Positions 26,574 to 32,000 of a stretch of 32,000 nucleotides of DNA are shown one piece after another. Numbering within the stretch: the first letter of the stretch is position 1; the number at the start of each line of letters is the position of its first letter. Made by a program: the position numbers and the translations under genes. The notes under the pieces were generated by a model. It had not been told where the DNA came from and searched no databases. It saw only the letters and a list, made by a program, of their open reading frames with translations. Origin of the DNA: an uncultured archaeon (GTDB lineage Archaea > Asgardarchaeota > Thorarchaeia > Thorarchaeales > Thorarchaeaceae); the NCBI GenBank assembly GCA_964648855.1, contig CAZYLT010000005.1:1-32000 (forward strand), written 5' to 3'.

Positions 26574-29153
26574 ATGTCAAAATCAAGATACACCGATGAC
26601 CGAGTAGTAAGCACTGCAGAAGCAATTCGAATGGCTTCGGCTTCCATACTAGGAACCACCACTAGTCAAGGTAATGCTCTGGGCAGCGCCACAGGCTCTG
26701 GTACGAAATTGGAAGAAAATTCGCGTCTCGTTGCAATGGGAGTGGTTCCCCTTGTTTCCGCATATTCCAAAAGACTGCGCGATATATCCAATGTGGAACT
26801 CATCTCAATAGAGTGGGATTTAGGTTCTGGGGGCAGTTCTGAGATTCTACCTGAGCACCTTATAGTCTGTGCAGGAGAGGAGGACAGATTCTCAACTCAC
26901 ACTTGTGCTGTTACTTGGGAGAAAGGCGTGGTTGACCCATTTCGTTTGAATTCGCATTTATATCGCCTATCAGCGAAAATGAAGGAGGTCGAAGATGCAA
27001 TTCTTTCCAATCAACTTGACTATGAGAATGAGGGGCTCTCTGTGCTCCGTCAATTTTGTGAAAGATTCAATCTTGTTACTTTCGTTGAGATGCTTGACCG
27101 CAGGTTTCAAGAGAGGTGGGACTCGAAAAAGGTACAACAGGAAGATGTTGACCTTCTTACTTCTTCAGTTACAGAGATTAGAACGGACTATTCGACAGTA
27201 CCACCTGGACTAGTGCTAACTGGAGGAACATCTTTCAAATTCGGTCTGCCTACTGCTTCTGAAGATCAGATTTTGAATCACTTCACGAAACGTATTATTT
27301 CCCCTTCTTCTCTGCTTAGTCTTACAAAGGGTACTGCAGAACTAGGAAGAGCAATAATAGCTGAGATTAACACCTATGCCTACAGTACTGAAGAGGTTGA
27401 TATCACTCGCGCCACTATTGCTATGCTGGTAAAATACCTTGGAACCGACAGCGTACCAATCAGCAATTTGGATATGATTGCATCTCGTATACATGATTTT
27501 GAGATCATGATTCAATCAATCATGAACACATTCTCAGATATCACCGACGCGTATATTCGCTCTGGAGAATCACTGACTACTAAGGGGCATAAGAAAAAGA
27601 TTGTAGAGATAGTGGAAGATTCAACACTCAAAGATAACGAATTAGAAAAGGCATACGCTAAGGTTCTCATTGAACATCTAGTATCATCTGTTGAAAAGGA
27701 AATCAAAACTGATAATCCCTATCGGGCGTGGATGCTTCGAAGCATAATAACGTACTTTAACTACATGGCGAAGCGAGTTCATTCTTTCTTTGAAGAGGAG
27801 CTGTCAAACTATCTTGCGGCACGATCAGTGAAAGAATCGATGTTTAGGGGATTGAAATCCTTTGAGATAGCCGCTAATACTGACGAAATGGATTCAGAAG
27901 ACCTCAGAGTCTTCAAGAAGTTCCAAAAAGCATTGACGAACCAGATTGACACTACAGTAGATAGAAAGAGTTACGAGGGCGATGCAAAGATAGAGCAACT
28001 TCTGCGAGTCGCGTCCAAGGAAATTGAAAACGAGTTCCGAAAAATCGATATCTGGGATTTGATTGATTTTGCCGATATTGCCGAGGTGGCGAGGAATGAA
28101 ATGGAAACCATGAGAAACGACTCAGGCGAAGAGGAGTCACTCGATTTTACGAAAGTATCTGAGTTATTGGCTCGCTATGAAAATCTGGAAACTGAGATAA
28201 TCCCCGACTTGGCTGAACACATTCTCTCGAAGGAGAATATCCAGAAGCTTGTGTCCTCCAGCAAGGAAGATTTCCTTTCCGCTCTGATGGAAATTGTTCA
28301 GTCCAAAGAGGATATGCCTGAAGAGTGGTATGCAGAGGCTAACCGGTGGGTTGGTCAGGTTGCAGAGGTAGTTGACCCCGATACTTCCATTTCAGACCGT
28401 ATGAAGCTATGCATTGAAACGATATTCTCAGGATTGATGGAGGGAAGCAAAGCTACTGCGATCATTGACCGAGTCAAAAAGGAAGCTAGGTTAAGAGAGA
28501 AGGCATATGAAGAAGCCGTGAACAAATGGGATTCTGAATGCGAGCGCATTGAAAATGATAATGCTCCAATACGAGAACACAATCGTAAAAGAGAAGAAAT
28601 GAAGACAGCTGCCAAAGAGCAATATGATAATGAGATGCACGCCTATGAAGAGCAAATCCTGAAATATAACAACAGGCCGAGCGAGGGAATGGGTCAGAAT
28701 GCTGTAGAAAAACCGGAGAAACCAACGCATATAGAAACTAGACTGGCGCGCATCGATGAGCAGTTTCCTCACAAAGATGAAATCCCTCTGCCTCCCAAGC
28801 CGCAGAAGCCTGAGAGTACAAAGTTCTACTCTGTGTTGGCGACCCTGTTGGATAATATAGTTTCAAAATTCCGGGCAAGCCAGAATCAAATGCAAGAGTT
28901 GTTTTTGAACGAGTTGTCAAGCTTACAACAACAAGCAGAACAAGCGTACGAGAATATAACAATCCGAGTTGACACCGAGTTCTTGGAGTATTTAATGGAT
29001 TCGAAAATCCGACGACTGAGCAGAGCAGTTGCTGTTCCAACTCGTGCTTACCTGCGAAATGCTGCAGACCCGGAAATACTGTATCTCGTAAAATACGACT
29101 TCTCTGGTAATGAATTTCGGGTTGAGATCGGAAACAGTCTGCTGAAGGGATGA
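26574..29153 (+). CDS. Large hypothetical protein (859 aa), mostly helical, coiled-coil/Pro-rich C-terminal region
   Basis: Long uninterrupted ORF; no recognisable enzyme motif. Confidence 0.85.
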   Translation: MSKSRYTDDRVVSTAEAIRMASASILGTTTSQGNALGSATGSGTKLEENSRLVAMGVVPLVSAYSKRLRDISNVELISIEWDLGSGGSSEILPEHLIVCAGEEDRFSTHTCAVTWEKGVVDPFRLNSHLYRLSAKMKEVEDAILSNQLDYENEGLSVLRQFCERFNLVTFVEMLDRRFQERWDSKKVQQEDVDLLTSSVTEIRTDYSTVPPGLVLTGGTSFKFGLPTASEDQILNHFTKRIISPSSLLSLTKGTAELGRAIIAEINTYAYSTEEVDITRATIAMLVKYLGTDSVPISNLDMIASRIHDFEIMIQSIMNTFSDITDAYIRSGESLTTKGHKKKIVEIVEDSTLKDNELEKAYAKVLIEHLVSSVEKEIKTDNPYRAWMLRSIITYFNYMAKRVHSFFEEELSNYLAARSVKESMFRGLKSFEIAANTDEMDSEDLRVFKKFQKALTNQIDTTVDRKSYEGDAKIEQLLRVASKEIENEFRKIDIWDLIDFADIAEVARNEMETMRNDSGEEESLDFTKVSELLARYENLETEIIPDLAEHILSKENIQKLVSSSKEDFLSALMEIVQSKEDMPEEWYAEANRWVGQVAEVVDPDTSISDRMKLCIETIFSGLMEGSKATAIIDRVKKEARLREKAYEEAVNKWDSECERIENDNAPIREHNRKREEMKTAAKEQYDNEMHAYEEQILKYNNRPSEGMGQNAVEKPEKPTHIETRLARIDEQFPHKDEIPLPPKPQKPESTKFYSVLATLLDNIVSKFRASQNQMQELFLNELSSLQQQAEQAYENITIRVDTEFLEYLMDSKIRRLSRAVAVPTRAYLRNAADPEILYLVKYDFSGNEFRVEIGNSLLKG

Positions 29154-29157
29154 AGAC

Positions 29158-31584
29158 ATGTCAAGTTCATGGTTATTGAAAACGCGTCAAATGAGTGAAG
29201 CTGGAAAAGAATTCTTGCTTACACAGGCTCTGGCAACTCACATGAGAAGCCCAAGAGATCGTGAGTTAGTTAGAGAAAGCATGGCTGAAGAGAAACCACT
29301 GGAAGACATTTTTTCCTTTTTTGGAGCTTTCTATCTCTATCATTATCAGGGGGTTCGGCTGCTAGATATTACTGATCAGGGAGAAATGACGATCGAGGAA
29401 CAACAGGCCCTCAGTGTCAAAGAAAGAGAAATGCTGGAGTTGGAGGTACGTCAACTATTAGGCAACAAACAACGTGAGGAGTTAGATGTATCAAAGCTGG
29501 TTAGCGAATTTTTCGTTTCAGCAATAGACAAGTATTCGGACAATTTAGAGGAGCAGTCGAAGATTGTTGAATTGCTTGAGAAGTTCTTACAGAAAATACC
29601 GAGAGAATATTCCCGGAACGCCGTTGTCGATTTCATACTAGAAGCAACGGGATGGGGTGATACGTGGCGAGAAGAAATCTATATGAAAGCCTCAGGACTG
29701 AAAGAATCTTCTCTATCCCTACGTGACGAGCTTCTCAGGAATCATGACGAAGAAGTGATTGAGAGCACATTGATCAAACGGGCACAGGAATTGCTATCGA
29801 TTGACATAGAATCAATAGATGAAAATAGTTGGCAGGGTATGTTATCAGCAAAATCCAAGCAAACTGTGGCAAAGGCGATAATTGAGAATCGATTTAAGAC
29901 TGGAGTATCTCTTGATGGATTTTGTACAGCACACGAAATCAGAATGTCCTTGCTAGAAGAGTTTGAAGCAGAAATAGAAATGCCTACGGATTTGGACTCA
30001 TTTGAGAACCGGATGGCTGACCTGGCCTCAAACCTTCTTGTTGATTCCTTCAAAGAAAACCCTGAGGCGATTTTCAATGCTCTTTCAGTGCTAACGGAAA
30101 TGAGCGAGAGTGATATCTCACAGGAGCTAGCTTCAAAGGGAGTACGAACAGGAAACGATTTGATAGAAGGATTCTCAATCGAAACTCCAGAAGAGGAAGA
30201 TGACGGTGAATTAACTCTATCTCGAGAAGAGATGGAAGAGATTTCCAGGTCACTACGCAGGTTGGAGAAGATTGAACATACATTAGAAAAGCCAGTGAAA
30301 GGAATGCTGCGCGCCAGAGGGTTTAGTTCATCAGAGATCGACAAGGTTTCCATTCAGACTCTGACCAAAAATCCTAGGGAACTGATTGCTACTGAATCCC
30401 AAGTTATTGCTGAACTGAAAAAGAAATTACGCTTACCTTCGCCCGAAGAGATATCACAGTTGTTGGAGCTAAGGGCAGAATATGCGGATAAGAATCTGGG
30501 TCAAATTGGATCTACCGCTGCACGAATGGGTCAGAAACTCCAATATGGCGAAACTGTGGAGAAACTCAAATATGATCTGGTGTGGCATCTAGTAATTTCA
30601 CTGTTGAAGAACCTAGCCAGAGTCATTGAGATGTACATTCGTTCAAAGCATGATTTGGTTCGGATTAAGGCTATTCTCAAGAGCATTTACGAGGAGTCAG
30701 AAATAGAACTGCAATTCCTCCGCGAAGAAATCCTCATGGATCTTGCATCTGACAGACTGCTAGAAACCAAGCGCGTACATCCGGACCTTGACGCCTCGAC
30801 AATAAGATCTTGGTACCACGCAAGGCTTCAGGGAATAGATTTGAGCACTGCTGTATCAGAGGTTGAGAAGAGCCCTTCACCAGTTTTCAAGGGCATAGTT
30901 GAGAAACCTCTGCAAACAGGGGCCCTCAAAATAGACAATTATGCTATTGCGTTTGACCTGATGCAGAGATTCCTTACTAAACAACGCCAAGAGAAATTGG
31001 AGCGAGAGGCTTTGATGATTGAAACAAAGAAGAGAGAAGCAAAGCTCCTTGAGTCTAAGAAAGACGAGTTGGATGTGATGAACTATGTTTCAACCAAAGC
31101 ATATACTGCCTTCCGTGCAATTGGTAGAGTAGGTAAGAGAGGTTTGGAGTGGAACTCAAACGATGACACCAAGCTGGCGAATTTGCTGTCCTTCTACATA
31201 AGGCGCAATCGAGGACGCACTATTTGTGCTGTTTGCGGAGAAGAGGTATCTGAAGGCTACTGCCCTCAACATGGCTCCGCAAATGTCCGAGATTCGAATG
31301 ATATCGATAACTTGAGCAATTTCGTTAGACAGGCTGTTTCAGACATCAAACAGGGTCTGACTGGAACTAAGAGTGAATCAATGACATGGGATGAAGCCCG
31401 TTCTCTTGTGAAAAGAGAAATCTCCAAGCTAAAGCAAAAGAGTAAACTCACAGGAAAAACTAATGTCAATAATTTGCTGCCCGGAGAAATCAACTATATA
31501 GTCGGCCCTGCAATCGCAAAGATTATCGGACGCTATTTCAACGACTCATTGAAATATGCTGCCCGTGGTGCAGATATCGCATAG
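29158..31584 (+). CDS. Large hypothetical protein (808 aa), helical, with CxxC-x8-CxxH Zn finger
   Basis: Long ORF 4 nt after the previous stop; CAVCGEEVSEGYCPQHG. Confidence 0.85.
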   Translation: MSSSWLLKTRQMSEAGKEFLLTQALATHMRSPRDRELVRESMAEEKPLEDIFSFFGAFYLYHYQGVRLLDITDQGEMTIEEQQALSVKEREMLELEVRQLLGNKQREELDVSKLVSEFFVSAIDKYSDNLEEQSKIVELLEKFLQKIPREYSRNAVVDFILEATGWGDTWREEIYMKASGLKESSLSLRDELLRNHDEEVIESTLIKRAQELLSIDIESIDENSWQGMLSAKSKQTVAKAIIENRFKTGVSLDGFCTAHEIRMSLLEEFEAEIEMPTDLDSFENRMADLASNLLVDSFKENPEAIFNALSVLTEMSESDISQELASKGVRTGNDLIEGFSIETPEEEDDGELTLSREEMEEISRSLRRLEKIEHTLEKPVKGMLRARGFSSSEIDKVSIQTLTKNPRELIATESQVIAELKKKLRLPSPEEISQLLELRAEYADKNLGQIGSTAARMGQKLQYGETVEKLKYDLVWHLVISLLKNLARVIEMYIRSKHDLVRIKAILKSIYEESEIELQFLREEILMDLASDRLLETKRVHPDLDASTIRSWYHARLQGIDLSTAVSEVEKSPSPVFKGIVEKPLQTGALKIDNYAIAFDLMQRFLTKQRQEKLEREALMIETKKREAKLLESKKDELDVMNYVSTKAYTAFRAIGRVGKRGLEWNSNDDTKLANLLSFYIRRNRGRTICAVCGEEVSEGYCPQHGSANVRDSNDIDNLSNFVRQAVSDIKQGLTGTKSESMTWDEARSLVKREISKLKQKSKLTGKTNVNNLLPGEINYIVGPAIAKIIGRYFNDSLKYAARGADIA

Positions 31585-31598
31585 ATTCGCGCATTGGA

Positions 31599-31913
31599 CT
31601 AGTTCACAACATCCGAAATCCACTCTAGGTATGCTTTTGCCCCCGATTCAATGTCAAATACAACGAATTCTGGGACCTCGTAGGAGTGGGATTCTTCAAC
31701 GATTGCTTGTAAGTCCCTGATGTGTTTCCCGACTGTCTTCATAACCAAAATTGATTCTATTGATCTTTCCACCTTGCCTTTCCAATGAAATATGCTATGA
31801 ACATTTTCGATTACGTTGACACAGGCCGCCTTTCTTGATTCTGCAATTACCAATGCCAGTTTGTATGCTTCTTCTACAGGGCAGGTAGTTAATGCAAGCT
31901 TGTATTCCGTCAT
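31599..31913 (-). CDS. cutA: Divalent-cation tolerance protein CutA
   Basis: TTCP, AACVN, SIFHWKGKV, E....KT, HSYEVPE, YLEWI. Start MTEYK at 31913. Confidence 0.93.
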   Translation of the reverse strand: MTEYKLALTTCPVEEAYKLALVIAESRKAACVNVIENVHSIFHWKGKVERSIESILVMKTVGKHIRDLQAIVEESHSYEVPEFVVFDIESGAKAYLEWISDVVN

Positions 31914-31947
31914 ATATCCTATAGTGCAAGAGATACATATATACAGA

Positions 31948-32000
31948 ATGCTGGAATCGAAACAAATGTCTGGTGACATTAATGGGCAAGAAGTTTTATC
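31948..32000 (+). CDS. Possible 5' end of a gene divergent from cutA, running off the window
   Basis: In-frame ATGs at 31948 and 31966 (MSGDINGQEVL...), open to the edge; too short to judge. Confidence 0.3.
   Translation, partial: MLESKQMSGDINGQEVL

Noticed and set aside
29742-30353. Long Ser-rich antisense ORFs (also 2312-2764, 4328-4831, 20457-20936, etc.)
   Set aside because: Typical antisense shadows of Glu/Asp-rich genes, fully overlapping well-supported CDSs.

Overview
32 kb of gene-dense archaeal chromosome, most likely from an Asgard archaeon (possibly Thorarchaeia). The taxonomic call is an inference from a Snf7-like ESCRT-III gene, a histone-fold gene, archaeal TATA/SD signals, a W-type aldehyde oxidoreductase and several large orphan proteins. 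Most genes are housekeeping or metabolic (mrp, IMPase, serB-like, thrC, surE, wecB, udp, prs-like, dcd, gdhA, ilvE, aor, cutA). No rRNA, canonical tRNA, CRISPR array or transposase was seen. Highlights: (1) a chlI/chlD-like AAA+ gene and the downstream vWA ORF are joined by an A9 tract inside a 37-nt -1 frame overlap. Recoding there would give a 404-aa soluble AAA+ subunit and an ~891-aa AAA-TM-TM-vWA protein that unusually carries a membrane hairpin. (2) An unannotated ~138-nt rod-like structured RNA with K-turn and ACA (H/ACA-like) features lies right after that locus. (3) A 56-aa 'face-to-face'-type histone was missed by the ORF track. (4) Membrane-remodelling-type genes are scattered through the window (orphan ESCRT-III, CdvA-like coiled coil, tandem PH-like/Zn-ribbon protein), along with a pair of >800-aa orphan proteins.
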